Below are positions 29,069 through 39,016 of a stretch of DNA of 64,000 bases, piece after piece. How positions within the stretch are numbered: the first letter of the stretch is position 1; each line of letters begins with the position of its first letter. The position numbers were made by a program, and so were the translations under genes. The notes under the pieces are model-generated. The model did no database searches, was not told the origin of the DNA, and saw only the letters and a program-made list of their open reading frames with translations. Origin of the DNA: an uncultured virus (IMG/VR IMGVR_UViG_3300008113_000139) (lineage: Duplodnaviria; Heunggongvirae; Uroviricota; Caudoviricetes); the IMG/VR virus record IMGVR_UViG_3300008113_000139, one strand, 5' to 3'.

Positions 29069-29243
29069 CGAAATAGGATTAGAAGAAAGGATAAAGTTCA
29101 AAGGAACTGCTGAATTTTCTTTTGACATTGAAGAACCTAAGCTGGGAGAGATCGAGCTGACCCAAGAAAAGAAAAAGAAATTTATCAAATCGGAAACACG
29201 AAATGGAAGAAAATCAAAACATAAGTCCAACGACCTCTTCTAA
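29052..29243 (+). CDS. Small hypothetical protein
   Basis: 63 aa from ATG 29052 (MHTGSNEIGLEERIKF...), filling the gap between primase and uvsY. Confidence 0.5.
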   Translation: MHTGSNEIGLEERIKFKGTAEFSFDIEEPKLGEIELTQEKKKKFIKSETRNGRKSKHKSNDLF

Positions 29244-29673
29244 CAATGAGATCAATGAGCAACTGATAGGCAGATTCAAAAAAGAACGCGGAGAGTGGAC
29301 TGACAGGATCAAGGATATGTCAGAAAGACTTCGTGACATCTACAAAGTTGCTGACTTACAGACCGACATTTATTCTTACCGTCAAGTCGCGGTCGAGTAT
29401 TGTCATACTCTGCAAGTCCACCTTCAAAAAGTCAATCACATATTCAGAGCAAGAAAAATCGAAAGATGGGAACACTATACTCGGAATTATGACCTGAGAA
29501 TGGACAAAGAACCCAAGGAGCTTCATATATACGTTGATATAGTTGACATCAACGAAAGACGGGAACTCTTACTTAATCATTTGGAGTTTATGAGAGAGAC
29601 TATCAAGACAATCGATACAATATCGTTTGGCATCAAACACAGAATACAATTAGAAGAATATAGAAGAGGATAA
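29203..29673 (+). CDS. uvsY: Recombination mediator UvsY-like
   Basis: Helical protein ending LEFMRETIKTIDTISFGIKHRIQLEEYRRG, resembling the T4 UvsY C-terminus; close to uvsW. Confidence 0.7.
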   Translation: MEENQNISPTTSSNNEINEQLIGRFKKERGEWTDRIKDMSERLRDIYKVADLQTDIYSYRQVAVEYCHTLQVHLQKVNHIFRARKIERWEHYTRNYDLRMDKEPKELHIYVDIVDINERRELLLNHLEFMRETIKTIDTISFGIKHRIQLEEYRRG

Positions 29674-29676
29674 AAA

Positions 29677-30447
29677 ATGGGAAAAGTTAGAAGATTGGAA
29701 ACTCCTCATGGAAGAGTTTATGTATACGAAGAATTGGCTGAACCGGTGTTCATGCCTTCTGTAACGACTATACTATCGTTTGAACCATCAAAGTACTTGC
29801 AAGACTTAGAAGATAAGATCGGCAAAGAACAGCTACAGAGAATCGGCGAAAGAGCCGCTGGGCGAGGAACCGCAATGCACAGGTTCTTAGAGAACTATAT
29901 GATCTGTCTTAAGAACGGAGGTAACGGAGACACTTGCTTGTTGTACACACAGAAGAAAACGCCTAAAGATCTCAGGGAAGATGGAATGGAAGAAGACCGT
30001 ATAGGATACGGTCGAGACTTATTCTATAATTTCCTTCACGAGAATACTTTTGACGACATTAAGAAAGTTGTCTTTACCGAAAAGTTTCTTTGGTCTTTGG
30101 AGAATCTGTTTGCAGGAACGGCCGACTTTGGCTACGAGAGCATTGGGAACAAAAGAATCATAACTGACTTCAAGAGTGCTTCCGGAACAAGAGGCTCCGA
30201 GGTCGTGAATAAATATAAAAAGCAAGGTGCCGCATACGCGCTGTCGTTTGAAGAGATCTATAGAAAACCTATTGATGAGGTTCAGGTTTGGATATCACAT
30301 CCTAACGGTCTGCAGATCGAAGTATTAGCAGGTGACGAGATGATCCAAAAGAAAAAAGAGTTCATCGAATTAAGCAAAGACTTTCACGCACAGTGGGATG
30401 TAGAACCCTTTAAAGAATACTATTACAATACGCAAATACAAAAGTGA
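29677..30447 (+). CDS. PD-(D/E)xK exonuclease (lambda-exo/Cas4-like fold)
   Basis: PSVTTIL, RGTAMH..LE, E...AGTAD, ITDFKS, Q..AYA motifs. Confidence 0.85.
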   Translation: MGKVRRLETPHGRVYVYEELAEPVFMPSVTTILSFEPSKYLQDLEDKIGKEQLQRIGERAAGRGTAMHRFLENYMICLKNGGNGDTCLLYTQKKTPKDLREDGMEEDRIGYGRDLFYNFLHENTFDDIKKVVFTEKFLWSLENLFAGTADFGYESIGNKRIITDFKSASGTRGSEVVNKYKKQGAAYALSFEEIYRKPIDEVQVWISHPNGLQIEVLAGDEMIQKKKEFIELSKDFHAQWDVEPFKEYYYNTQIQK

Positions 30448-31961
30448 AAGCAAGAGTAACGCCAGATACAAGATTCATACAAGTTGTCGATGCTACCGAT
30501 CTGGAGCTCGAACAACTTCGCCATTCTTTCAAGAAAAGAATCAGCAACTGGCGGTTCCACCCATTGGTCAAGAAAAAGGTTTGGGACGGTTACATAACTT
30601 TCATGGACAAGTATCAAAGAATACCTGTAGGACTTTGGAACGAACTCAACGCAGTATGTAAGACATACGATTTTGATCTTAAAGTCGAAGGAATCAGTGA
30701 AGTAATTGATTATGACTTTGACGAAGATGACTTTCGAGGTTGGGTTGCTGAGTTCTTTTCTGACCACCCCAAGATCAAACCAAGAGACTACCAAATAGAT
30801 GCTTGCATACCAATCTTAAAGTACAGACGAAGTATCTCTGAAATTGCTACATCTGCTGGAAAGACACTGATCATATTCATGATCTTTGGATATCTTTTTG
30901 ATCGTAAGAAGTCAGGCAAGTTCCTGATGGTAGTTCCCAACACCAACCTCATCATTCAGACCAATGAAGACTGGGAAGAATACAACAACGGTAAGTTGCG
31001 ATACATTCTTCAGATGGTTCACGGTGGTTCTGACAAGACCAAGAAAGACGTTGACGTTATCATAGGAACGTATCAGACATTGGTCAAGAGAGACCGCGAG
31101 TGGTTCGATGATGTTTTTACTATCTGTGTTGACGAAGCACACCACACACAAGCAAGCTCGATCAAAAAGATCATCGGCAACTGCATGAATACCAAGTATG
31201 CTTTTGGTCTGTCAGGAACTATGCTTCAGAACGGAAGCACCGAAGCTCTAACGATACAGGCTTACTTAGGTCCGCTGGTGAACAACATATCAGCAGCATT
31301 CTTACAAGCAAACGATTATGCAACCAAGATATTCATCAAGGTAGTCAAGCTCGACTATTTGGACTATGACGCAAGAGAAAAGCTGGAAGATTTAAGAAAT
31401 CGCAAAGGAGAGATCGACGGAAGCAAGCTCTTGGAATTGGAAAAAAGACTTGTGGTGGAAAATCGTCCAAGGCTACTTTTCGTCTGTGACTTTATCTCAA
31501 AGACAACCAAGAACAGTTTAGTTCTATTCCACAATGTCAAAGATCAATACGGCAGACAGATATATGACTATCTTAGAGAACACACTCAAGACAAGACCAT
31601 CTTTTACGTTGATGGAAACACATCGGTAGCTCTGCGTGATGACTATATCAACAGGATGGAAGAAGGAGACGATAAGATTCTTATCGCATCTTTTGGAACT
31701 TTTTCGACGGGTATCTCCATCAACAACATACACAACGTATTCTTTGTTGAATCTTACAAGTCAGAAAAGATCATAAGGCAGTCGATCGGTCGCGGTATGC
31801 GTCTCAAACAAGGTAAAGACCGGGTAAACATAATCGACTTTGTCGATGACTATTCTTTAGGAAGAGGCAGTAAGAACTATCTGTTAAAACACGGAGAAGA
31901 AAGAGTCAAGATCTACAAGCAGCAAGGTTTTCCTTACAAGGAATACCGGGTCAAATTCTAA
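30444..31961 (+). CDS. uvsW: SF2 DNA helicase UvsW
   Basis: PRDYQ, ATSAGKT, DEAH, GLSGT, FSTGISI, QSIGRGMR motifs. Confidence 0.92.
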   Translation: MKARVTPDTRFIQVVDATDLELEQLRHSFKKRISNWRFHPLVKKKVWDGYITFMDKYQRIPVGLWNELNAVCKTYDFDLKVEGISEVIDYDFDEDDFRGWVAEFFSDHPKIKPRDYQIDACIPILKYRRSISEIATSAGKTLIIFMIFGYLFDRKKSGKFLMVVPNTNLIIQTNEDWEEYNNGKLRYILQMVHGGSDKTKKDVDVIIGTYQTLVKRDREWFDDVFTICVDEAHHTQASSIKKIIGNCMNTKYAFGLSGTMLQNGSTEALTIQAYLGPLVNNISAAFLQANDYATKIFIKVVKLDYLDYDAREKLEDLRNRKGEIDGSKLLELEKRLVVENRPRLLFVCDFISKTTKNSLVLFHNVKDQYGRQIYDYLREHTQDKTIFYVDGNTSVALRDDYINRMEEGDDKILIASFGTFSTGISINNIHNVFFVESYKSEKIIRQSIGRGMRLKQGKDRVNIIDFVDDYSLGRGSKNYLLKHGEERVKIYKQQGFPYKEYRVKF

Positions 31962-31984
31962 CAATTTCATTCCTTACAGTTTAA

Positions 31985-31992
31985 GATATATA
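31985..31992 (+). promoter_or_regulatory. Putative late promoter GATATATA
   Basis: Sits directly ahead of the first tagged-gene array. Confidence 0.6.
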
Positions 31993-32012
31993 GGTAAACA
32001 AAGACCTATATT

Positions 32013-32384
32013 ATGTTGTCATATAACGACTTTATTGCAGAAGGAAAAAAAGCAACCGAAGTTTCGGGAAGAGTGATGACTACGAACAGCAATCCGCAAG
32101 CATCAATCAACCACTCCGATGAAACTATCGAAGGTCTTCGTCGTCGTCTGATCGATGTTTACTTTAAGAAATCTGAAGACAAAAAAGTTAGAGACGAAAT
32201 GAACAAGTGCATATCCACATACGTATACGCGCTCGACAAAAAACTCAGGATCAGTTCAGACATAGTCGATAGGTTGGCAAAAGCAGCAGAAGAAACCAGC
32301 GAAGAAACTATGAAAGTTCTTACAAAAGAGACTGAGAAATTCTACGGTGATGAAAAACCTAACCATTACGGAACAACAGCATAA
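32013..32384 (+). CDS. Putative internal head protein (CTS-tagged)
   Basis: N-terminus MLSYNDFIAE|G, close to the T4 IPII/IPIII CTS MKTYQEFIAE. Confidence 0.6.
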   Translation: MLSYNDFIAEGKKATEVSGRVMTTNSNPQASINHSDETIEGLRRRLIDVYFKKSEDKKVRDEMNKCISTYVYALDKKLRISSDIVDRLAKAAEETSEETMKVLTKETEKFYGDEKPNHYGTTA

Positions 32385-32402
32385 AATAAAAAATCATAAG
32401 AA

Positions 32403-33209
32403 ATGAAAAAACTGTCAACACAAGCTCCACTAATTCGCGAGGCTGAAGAAAAAGCGATGTCTGAACTTCAAAAAGATTGGAGAGAATACTTCGGAGCAAA
32501 ACTTGCTAAGTTTGGTGTAAATTCGCCAGCCGACTTAGACGAAGAAAAGAAAAAAGAATTCTTCAACGATCTTAAGAGCGACTGGGAAAAAGGCAAAGGT
32601 GCTACCGAGGCTGGTAAGAAGGACATTGAAGAACAGGGAGTAAAAGAAGGCGAAGAAGTCAACGAAAAAGAGATCACAGCCGAAGAACTCGTCAAGAAGA
32701 TCATCAAAGGCAACTCAAGATTCAAATGGTTAAATGATGACCTGCCTAAGAACTACACACTTGACGACGTAAAGAACGCTCTTGATGATGCTGGTTACAG
32801 CAAAGAATACACCAAGTACATCAAAGAAGGCGAAGAAGTCAACGAAGCTGGTGAATTCAAAGTAGGCGATAAAGTTGCTCTTTTGTCCAAAGCTGATAAA
32901 AAGAAATTCGACGCGGGCGTAGTAGTCAAGATTCAATCTGATGGAAACGTAGTGGTAGATAAAACCAAAAACTTTAGCCTCGAGATTGTGATGGATCCAG
33001 AGTTCCTCGTCAAAGAAAACGAAGAAGTCAATGAAGCAGAAGTAAAAACCGAAGCTGAGTTCAAAGAATACGCTGAGAAAGTTTTGAAGAAGGCTCACAA
33101 AGACGATTACGACGAAGCCAAAGCAAAAAAGACCATCGACGGAATTCTTAAGAAATCTGACGGTGACTTAGGCGCTGCTGTTGGAATGTTGACCAGTGGT
33201 CTTGCATAA
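32403..33209 (+). CDS. Putative internal head polyprotein with repeated KE(G/N)EEVNE linkers
   Basis: LIRE|A near the N-terminus and three KExEEVNE linkers separating ~60 aa modules. Confidence 0.6.
   Translation: MKKLSTQAPLIREAEEKAMSELQKDWREYFGAKLAKFGVNSPADLDEEKKKEFFNDLKSDWEKGKGATEAGKKDIEEQGVKEGEEVNEKEITAEELVKKIIKGNSRFKWLNDDLPKNYTLDDVKNALDDAGYSKEYTKYIKEGEEVNEAGEFKVGDKVALLSKADKKKFDAGVVVKIQSDGNVVVDKTKNFSLEIVMDPEFLVKENEEVNEAEVKTEAEFKEYAEKVLKKAHKDDYDEAKAKKTIDGILKKSDGDLGAAVGMLTSGLA
32643..33035 (+). repeat. Three dispersed 24-bp direct repeats encoding KE(G/N)EEVNE
   Basis: aaagaaggcgaagaagtcaacgaa at 32643 and 32823 (identical); variant at 33012. Confidence 0.85.
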
Positions 33210-33223
33210 AAACTTTAGTATTC

Positions 33224-34558
33224 ATGAATCTACTGAAATATCAAGACTTCCTAATTAAGGAATCGCAAAGAACATCTTTAGTCGAACTAATGAAGCTCGA
33301 CGAAGAAGCAGGCTTGTATGATGCACTAAATGAAGGTGGCGCGTACGGACACTTGGCGCATCCTTTTGAAGACATCGGTCTGACTATGCAAGACGTCAAA
33401 GATATGATAACTTCTGCAGTCAGCGGTGCTTTCGGTCCTGAGAACTTTGTCCAAGAAAAGACCGACGGGCAACAGCTGTCAATTACATGGAAAGACGGAG
33501 AAGTCAGAGCCGCAAGGAATAAAGGTCAGCTCAAGAATTTTGGCAAAGATTCACTATCAGCGGCTGGAATCGCGAGCATGTTCGCTGGAAGAGGCGATAT
33601 AGAAATAGCTTTCAACGCAGCGATGAAGGATCTAGGCGCATCTATTGGCTCTCTATCTGCCGCTGACAAGGAAAAGTATTTTGGCAACGGCAAAAAGTTT
33701 GCCAGCATAGAAATCATAACACCGGTTACACAAAACACTGTTCCCTACGGACAGAACATGTTGGTGTTTCACGGAGTTGTAGAATATGACGAAAATGGAA
33801 ATGTCATAGGTGAAGACAAGCAAGCAGGTCGTGACTTAGGTAAGTTGATCGCAGAAGCAAACGCAGCGGCTCAAGAAACTTTCTTTGTCCGCGGACCGCA
33901 AGACATTGCTCTCCAACCGCTTCCCAATACAAAAGCTCGTCAGTCTTACTATGAGTCTTTGCTGAGCAATATCATGAAAGAAAGCGGCACCAACTTTGCA
34001 TCTTCAATCGAAGAATACGCTTTGGGAAATGCAAAAAGGATCCTCCAGGAGCTTGCGGCCAAGAGCAAAATAAATATACCGTCAGAGTATCTTGATGCGC
34101 TTGGCAAGCGTGTAGCTGGTATCGACAAGTCATTCACGGCGCCGCAGATCAAAAAATCGCTCGAGCCAGCGGCGGCAGACTGGTTCATCAACCTGGAGAA
34201 ATCTCAAGAGAAAGAACTCAGAAAACGAGTGTACCAACCTCTTGAAGCAATCTTCTTAGAGCTGGGAACGGAAGTCATGAAGAACGTATCTTCTTTCTTG
34301 TCAGCAAATCCTACGCAGGCTGCTGAATCAATGAGAAAAGAAATCGACGGAGTGATCAGCAAGATTCGCAAAGACGGCGGAGAAGCAGACGTCAAGAAAA
34401 TGGAATACGAACTGGAGAGAGTCGCAGCAGCTGGCGGTTTAGACGCAATCGTCCCGACCGAAGGAATCACATTCCTATACAAAGGCAAGCTCTACAAGTT
34501 TACAGGAATCTTTGCACCTTTACACCAGATCCGTTCAATACTTGCTTACAAAAAGTAA
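33224..34558 (+). CDS. Ligase-like (KxDG) nucleotidyltransferase-fold protein, tagged
   Basis: LNE|GGAYGHLAHPFED, motif I QEKTDG, motif IV-like PTEGITF, motif V-like YKFTG; N-terminus MNLLKYQDFLIKE. Confidence 0.65.
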   Translation: MNLLKYQDFLIKESQRTSLVELMKLDEEAGLYDALNEGGAYGHLAHPFEDIGLTMQDVKDMITSAVSGAFGPENFVQEKTDGQQLSITWKDGEVRAARNKGQLKNFGKDSLSAAGIASMFAGRGDIEIAFNAAMKDLGASIGSLSAADKEKYFGNGKKFASIEIITPVTQNTVPYGQNMLVFHGVVEYDENGNVIGEDKQAGRDLGKLIAEANAAAQETFFVRGPQDIALQPLPNTKARQSYYESLLSNIMKESGTNFASSIEEYALGNAKRILQELAAKSKINIPSEYLDALGKRVAGIDKSFTAPQIKKSLEPAAADWFINLEKSQEKELRKRVYQPLEAIFLELGTEVMKNVSSFLSANPTQAAESMRKEIDGVISKIRKDGGEADVKKMEYELERVAAAGGLDAIVPTEGITFLYKGKLYKFTGIFAPLHQIRSILAYKK

Positions 34559-34564
34559 AAAGAG

Positions 34565-34855
34565 ATGAAACACATACACACATTTGAGAACTTCTTAAAC
34601 GAGTCGGAACACATGTCTGTCAACGAATTTGAGACTTCGCTGAATGAACTTAGACTTACATCTGCTGGTGTAAAAGAGTTGCTTACAGCAATTTATTACA
34701 ACTGGGATAAAATCAAAGACAAGATTCGCCAAGAGTATTACTTCAAATCGTTTAAAGATGTCATGGAATTTCTACTGACCGGAGATCAAGAAGAAATGGA
34801 AGAGTTGGAAAATGTCGTAAAAAAATTCGGAGTCGAAATACTAAAATTGAAATAA
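34565..34855 (+). CDS. Putative internal head protein (CTS-tagged)
   Basis: MKHIHTFENFLNE. Confidence 0.65.
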   Translation: MKHIHTFENFLNESEHMSVNEFETSLNELRLTSAGVKELLTAIYYNWDKIKDKIRQEYYFKSFKDVMEFLLTGDQEEMEELENVVKKFGVEILKLK

Positions 34856-34859
34856 GTCA

Positions 34860-35168
34860 ATGAAACACATACCATCATACGAAAACTTTTTGAACGAAGG
34901 CAACGATTCCGAAATGAAAGAATTTAAGACCAAGCTCGACAGACACGATTGGTACTACATGATGTCCGACGATAATCGTGTCTATACTCGTGGATCAGCC
35001 GAGGCTGATGAACTTGGCAAGATGATCAATAAGATCGGCAAAGAAGCGGAAGACTTGTACATAAAAGCTTACAAAAAAATGTTTCCGCACTCGAACTACA
35101 CACCTAAGATTCTTAAAAACGAGAATGACAGATATGCAACATTTGCAGAAGTAAAAAACATGAGATAA
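34860..35168 (+). CDS. Putative internal head protein (CTS-tagged), HDWYY..SDD motif
   Basis: MKHIPSYENFLNE; LDRHDWYYMMSDDNRVY. Confidence 0.65.
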   Translation: MKHIPSYENFLNEGNDSEMKEFKTKLDRHDWYYMMSDDNRVYTRGSAEADELGKMINKIGKEAEDLYIKAYKKMFPHSNYTPKILKNENDRYATFAEVKNMR

Positions 35169-35169
35169 A

Positions 35170-35412
35170 ATGGAAAACAACCAATTCCCTACATTCGAAA
35201 ACTTTAGAGAAGAAACCAAAGCCAACGAAGCGATGGTCCAGGTCGCAGGAAAAAGCAAACCGTCGGGTGCAACAGTACTTGCGACAGTCATCGTTGACTA
35301 TATGATCAACAACAATTTGATCAACACAGGTGCAATCGACGTTAAAAATCGCATTTCTCGCAAAGAGCTTGTTGATACCGTTAAAGATATCATCATGGAC
35401 AGTACGTTCTAA
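35170..35412 (+). CDS. Putative internal head protein (tagged)
   Basis: PTFENFREETKANE|A. Confidence 0.55.
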   Translation: MENNQFPTFENFREETKANEAMVQVAGKSKPSGATVLATVIVDYMINNNLINTGAIDVKNRISRKELVDTVKDIIMDSTF

Positions 35413-35427
35413 AAACAACACATCATA

Positions 35428-35994
35428 ATGCAAGAATTCAATTCATTTAGAAAAACAAAGTCAGGCAAGCTCAACGAAGCGATTGACTTTGGCACATCAC
35501 CGGTCAAACCAAAGACAGTCGCTCCTGAAGTAGAGACTATGTTGAACGCCAGACTCGGTGACGAGTACACCGCGTACTTCTTTTACAGAAATGCTGCCAA
35601 CTGGTGCAAGAACGCCAACTACAAGAAAGCCGCTGCATTCTTTAACGCAGAAGCAGACGGAGAACTTGGTCACGCTCAAGGAATCCAAGATTACTTGACT
35701 CAGTGGAACCTCATTCCCGCGATTCCTCAAGTACCTACCGCGCTAAACTTTGGCGGATTGGTCGAGATCATCAACAAGGCATACGATCTAGAGTACAACT
35801 TGCTTCTTAAGTATTCTGAAGACCAAAAGATGTTGCTCGACAAAGATCCGGCTACATTCAATTTCATTCAAAAATACGTCGACATTCAGAACGGTGAGGT
35901 AGAAGAATACTCTGACTATCTAAACGCTCTTGAGTTGGTGAACCCCAACAACAAATTCGAGGTGCTTTACTTTGAGCAGACTTACTTTGGCTAA
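35428..35994 (+). CDS. Ferritin-like protein (Ftn type) with N-terminal tag
   Basis: LNARLGDEYTAYFFY, FF.AEADGELGHA, AYDLE, FIQKYVDIQNGEVEE; N-terminus MQEFNSF...KLNE|A. Confidence 0.85.
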   Translation: MQEFNSFRKTKSGKLNEAIDFGTSPVKPKTVAPEVETMLNARLGDEYTAYFFYRNAANWCKNANYKKAAAFFNAEADGELGHAQGIQDYLTQWNLIPAIPQVPTALNFGGLVEIINKAYDLEYNLLLKYSEDQKMLLDKDPATFNFIQKYVDIQNGEVEEYSDYLNALELVNPNNKFEVLYFEQTYFG

Positions 35995-36003
35995 ACATCA
36001 TTA

Positions 36004-37437
36004 ATGAGTGATCTTAAACTATACGAAGAATTTGTGCAGTCTCTCTTAGAAGAGGAAAAGATCCTTGTAAGAAATAAAAAGTCGGGTGCTGTCTACGACA
36101 TCAATCAAAAAAGTTTCAATCCTAGTAAACACGAAGTGCCAAAACCTAAAGAGATTGATAAAGCTGAGAAAGAAGTAGAAAAAAAGGCAGAGAAAAAAGG
36201 ATCATCGCACAATCTTAGTAAATCTTCGATAGATAACGCCAGAAATCAATCTAACAAAATCGATGGTCTCTTAAAAGATGCTGATGATGACACAAAAGAA
36301 AGAGGGAGAATTGTTAAAGAGCAGTTTAATAAGTTACTTAATGCTAAGTCTGAAGAAGAAGAGGTAGAAGCAATACAAGTTTTGATCGACAATAATCTAA
36401 TACAAGGTCACTCAGGCGGAACTAAAATTTATATGTCGCCTAACACTCTTTTGCCAAGAAAGTTCTTTGCAGGAGAACAAGGAAACTCTTTGACAAAAAG
36501 AATGAATGCAGTAATTGCCAAACATAATCTTCCTATAGAAATTCGGCAAAGCAGTGCAGATAGAACTCTGGCAGACACAAGTGGAAAACACAATGAGGCT
36601 GGTGTAGTTGCATATCTGTATGATAGTCCTGAAAACAAAAAGGCATATGAGGAACTACAAAAGAAATTCACAGATCTTGGCGGAGGTGACGAAAAAAGGT
36701 ATGATGAGATCAACCGAGAAGTTGCTGAGATGATTAAGAATTCTTTACCGCCTGGATCAAAGATAACAGGTGCCGAACAATTAGGAGGAAATGATGAAGC
36801 ATCTATGGCGCGAAAAGCTGCTCTTGGTCTTAAGCCGAAAAGTAAAGTAGATTATGTAGTCCATTACAAGGACAAAGATGGCAAAGATCAAATGATGAAA
36901 GTCACCGCCAAAACATACAGTGACCCAAGTAAAATTACTATGGAGAACTCGGGCGCGGTTAAAGCAGGAGAAAAGTTTTTAGGCAAAGATCTTGGCGAAA
37001 AGGTAGATAAAAAATACCAAGAACTCTGGGCGAAATATAAGTGGGACGATACCATGTCCGACAAAGAAAAGCGAGATAGAAAAACCGCATTAAAAAAGGA
37101 ATACCTTCAAGAATTTGAGAAGGCCATGCAAGAGTTGGCAAAAACCAAAGAAGGACAAAAACAATTGACACAAATGTGGAGGGATGTTCACGGTTGTGAT
37201 GAAGATCTTTACGCGCAGATCATCAATAAAAAAACAGGCGAGAAAAACTTACACCCACCTGGCCATTATTGTAACCCAGGTCCCCCGTTTAAGATAAAAT
37301 ACGATGGAACAAAAATGGTCGTAGATGTTGGAGGAAGTGAAGGAGACATGGAGATAGTTCTAAAAACAGAAGATACCAAATCGCCCAAAGTTTTAATAAA
37401 CCACGTAAAAAGAAAAAAGAAAAAAGACGATAAATGA
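36004..37437 (+). CDS. Tagged Lys-rich protein, possible PD-(D/E)xK nuclease fold
   Basis: MSDLKLYEEFVQSLLEE; HNEAGV helix followed by KSKVDYVV...KVTAK. Confidence 0.5.
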   Translation: MSDLKLYEEFVQSLLEEEKILVRNKKSGAVYDINQKSFNPSKHEVPKPKEIDKAEKEVEKKAEKKGSSHNLSKSSIDNARNQSNKIDGLLKDADDDTKERGRIVKEQFNKLLNAKSEEEEVEAIQVLIDNNLIQGHSGGTKIYMSPNTLLPRKFFAGEQGNSLTKRMNAVIAKHNLPIEIRQSSADRTLADTSGKHNEAGVVAYLYDSPENKKAYEELQKKFTDLGGGDEKRYDEINREVAEMIKNSLPPGSKITGAEQLGGNDEASMARKAALGLKPKSKVDYVVHYKDKDGKDQMMKVTAKTYSDPSKITMENSGAVKAGEKFLGKDLGEKVDKKYQELWAKYKWDDTMSDKEKRDRKTALKKEYLQEFEKAMQELAKTKEGQKQLTQMWRDVHGCDEDLYAQIINKKTGEKNLHPPGHYCNPGPPFKIKYDGTKMVVDVGGSEGDMEIVLKTEDTKSPKVLINHVKRKKKKDDK

Positions 37438-37976
37438 AACACATAAGAACATTCGACGGGTTTCTCTATGAAGGATTCATGAGTTCGCTGGATCTCATCG
37501 CGCAAGACGCAAAAGATCTCGCAGACTTTAAGAAAAAAGCAAAGAGAGACTTTCCGCAGATTGCAAAGCTCGAAGGCGCCGATGAGTGGCTTGAAGAAAT
37601 TTATAGCCAAGCAATCAAAGAAAGCGTAAATGAAGCTATTGACCTCAATGATCCAGTGCTTGTTGCTTTAAGAGCGTCTAAAGAAGACAGGACAAAGAAA
37701 GCCGCTGCTCAAAAAGAACGCATGAAAAAGCGCGTCTATGGAAAACAAAGAGAAAAACTTGAAGTTGATCTTTGGACAATTTCTATAGATCTGAAAGATG
37801 CTTACGCAGAAAGAAGAGACATCTACAATAATATGGAATCGGAAGCTGGCGAAAAAGGAGATGATTGGAATGACGCTGATGCTAACCGCTACGGCAAACT
37901 TTTAAATGATGTGGATTCAAAAATTGAAACTTTAATCAAAAAGAGACAAGAAATCGAAACAAAGCTTGCATACTAA
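37434..37976 (+). CDS. Putative internal head protein (CTS-tagged)
   Basis: MKHIRTFDGFLYE; internal IKESVNE|A. Confidence 0.65.
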   Translation: MKHIRTFDGFLYEGFMSSLDLIAQDAKDLADFKKKAKRDFPQIAKLEGADEWLEEIYSQAIKESVNEAIDLNDPVLVALRASKEDRTKKAAAQKERMKKRVYGKQREKLEVDLWTISIDLKDAYAERRDIYNNMESEAGEKGDDWNDADANRYGKLLNDVDSKIETLIKKRQEIETKLAY

Positions 37977-39010
37977 TGAAACACTTGCTTACACTGGAAT
38001 CCTTTTTGGAAATGCGAGAGCTATCAAACATTGATGACTGGGCATTGGACGAAAGTCTTAACGAAGCAGCAGGAATTGATGCAATCAAGCTCAAAAGCGA
38101 AAAGTCGGGCAGAAAGATCAAACTGACTTCTGCTCTGAAATATCCTAAAGGATCACCTACTAGAAAACAGGCCGAAGAAATTGTAGATGCTTTAAGAAAG
38201 AAGCAGACCAAAATCGAAGACAAGCCCGAATCTGAAATAGAATACGTCAAAGGCGATGAAGACCTTAAGAAGCTCATGCCCAATGCAGACGTTACCAAAA
38301 AGTTGCTTAGTGAAATTCCAGCAGAGGAAAAGAAAGATGCAATCACTGCGATCGACAAAATTGCAGACGAGATAATGACCGCCAAAGAAGAGGGTCGCCC
38401 AGTACAAAATACCAATCTGTGCTCGGTAACAATTCCTGGTACTAACATGTATTGTGATGCCAACAAAAACATTCCTCGTGAAAAAATGCCCCAGTTTCGC
38501 GGCAAGCCTGAAAAAGGTTCGGCTGCTGACAAGATGCCTCGAGACAGCAACGGTGAAGTAGAAACATCACACTTATTCGACAAGATGCTCGACAAAGAAG
38601 GCATTAAGATATCCAAGCCTACAGAGATCGACGCTTCCAGCCTCAAGGCAACACAAGCAGAACTCGTAGGTCCTAAAGTGGTAGGCATGACAAAGGTGCT
38701 CGCTAAGAACTGTGAAAAAGACAAGTGCAGCCCTGATGAAATGAAAGACTGGAACAACATCACAGGTCCTGTCTATGTTTCAAACGACGGATACGTAGTT
38801 GACGGTCACCACCGTTGGGCCGCGATTGTTTCACATAACCTCAAGAATCCAGACAAACAGATTCCTATGAAGGTCCGTGTAATTGACGACAAGATCGACA
38901 GCATCATACCTAAAGCCAACAAGTTTGCCGAAGACATCGGAATTGCCGCTAAGACAGGTAAAGAAGGCACCAAAGGTGGAGAACCTGCTGCACAAACCAA
39001 AAAGAAATAA
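37976..39010 (+). CDS. Tagged ParB/Srx-like domain protein
   Basis: MKHLLTLESFLE...SLNE|A; LKATQ...PVYVSNDGYVVDGHHRWAA. Confidence 0.75.
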   Translation: MKHLLTLESFLEMRELSNIDDWALDESLNEAAGIDAIKLKSEKSGRKIKLTSALKYPKGSPTRKQAEEIVDALRKKQTKIEDKPESEIEYVKGDEDLKKLMPNADVTKKLLSEIPAEEKKDAITAIDKIADEIMTAKEEGRPVQNTNLCSVTIPGTNMYCDANKNIPREKMPQFRGKPEKGSAADKMPRDSNGEVETSHLFDKMLDKEGIKISKPTEIDASSLKATQAELVGPKVVGMTKVLAKNCEKDKCSPDEMKDWNNITGPVYVSNDGYVVDGHHRWAAIVSHNLKNPDKQIPMKVRVIDDKIDSIIPKANKFAEDIGIAAKTGKEGTKGGEPAAQTKKK

Positions 39011-39016
39011 TTAGTC

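Noticed and set aside
29677..30447. Cas4 / CRISPR system
   Set aside because: No Fe-S cysteine cluster, no other cas genes and no repeat-spacer array seen; the uvsY-uvsW context indicates a recombination exonuclease.
37936..38763. 275-aa minus-strand ORF and the many other antisense ORFs in the track
   Set aside because: Shadows of + strand genes, with Ser/Leu/Phe-rich antisense composition and no motifs.
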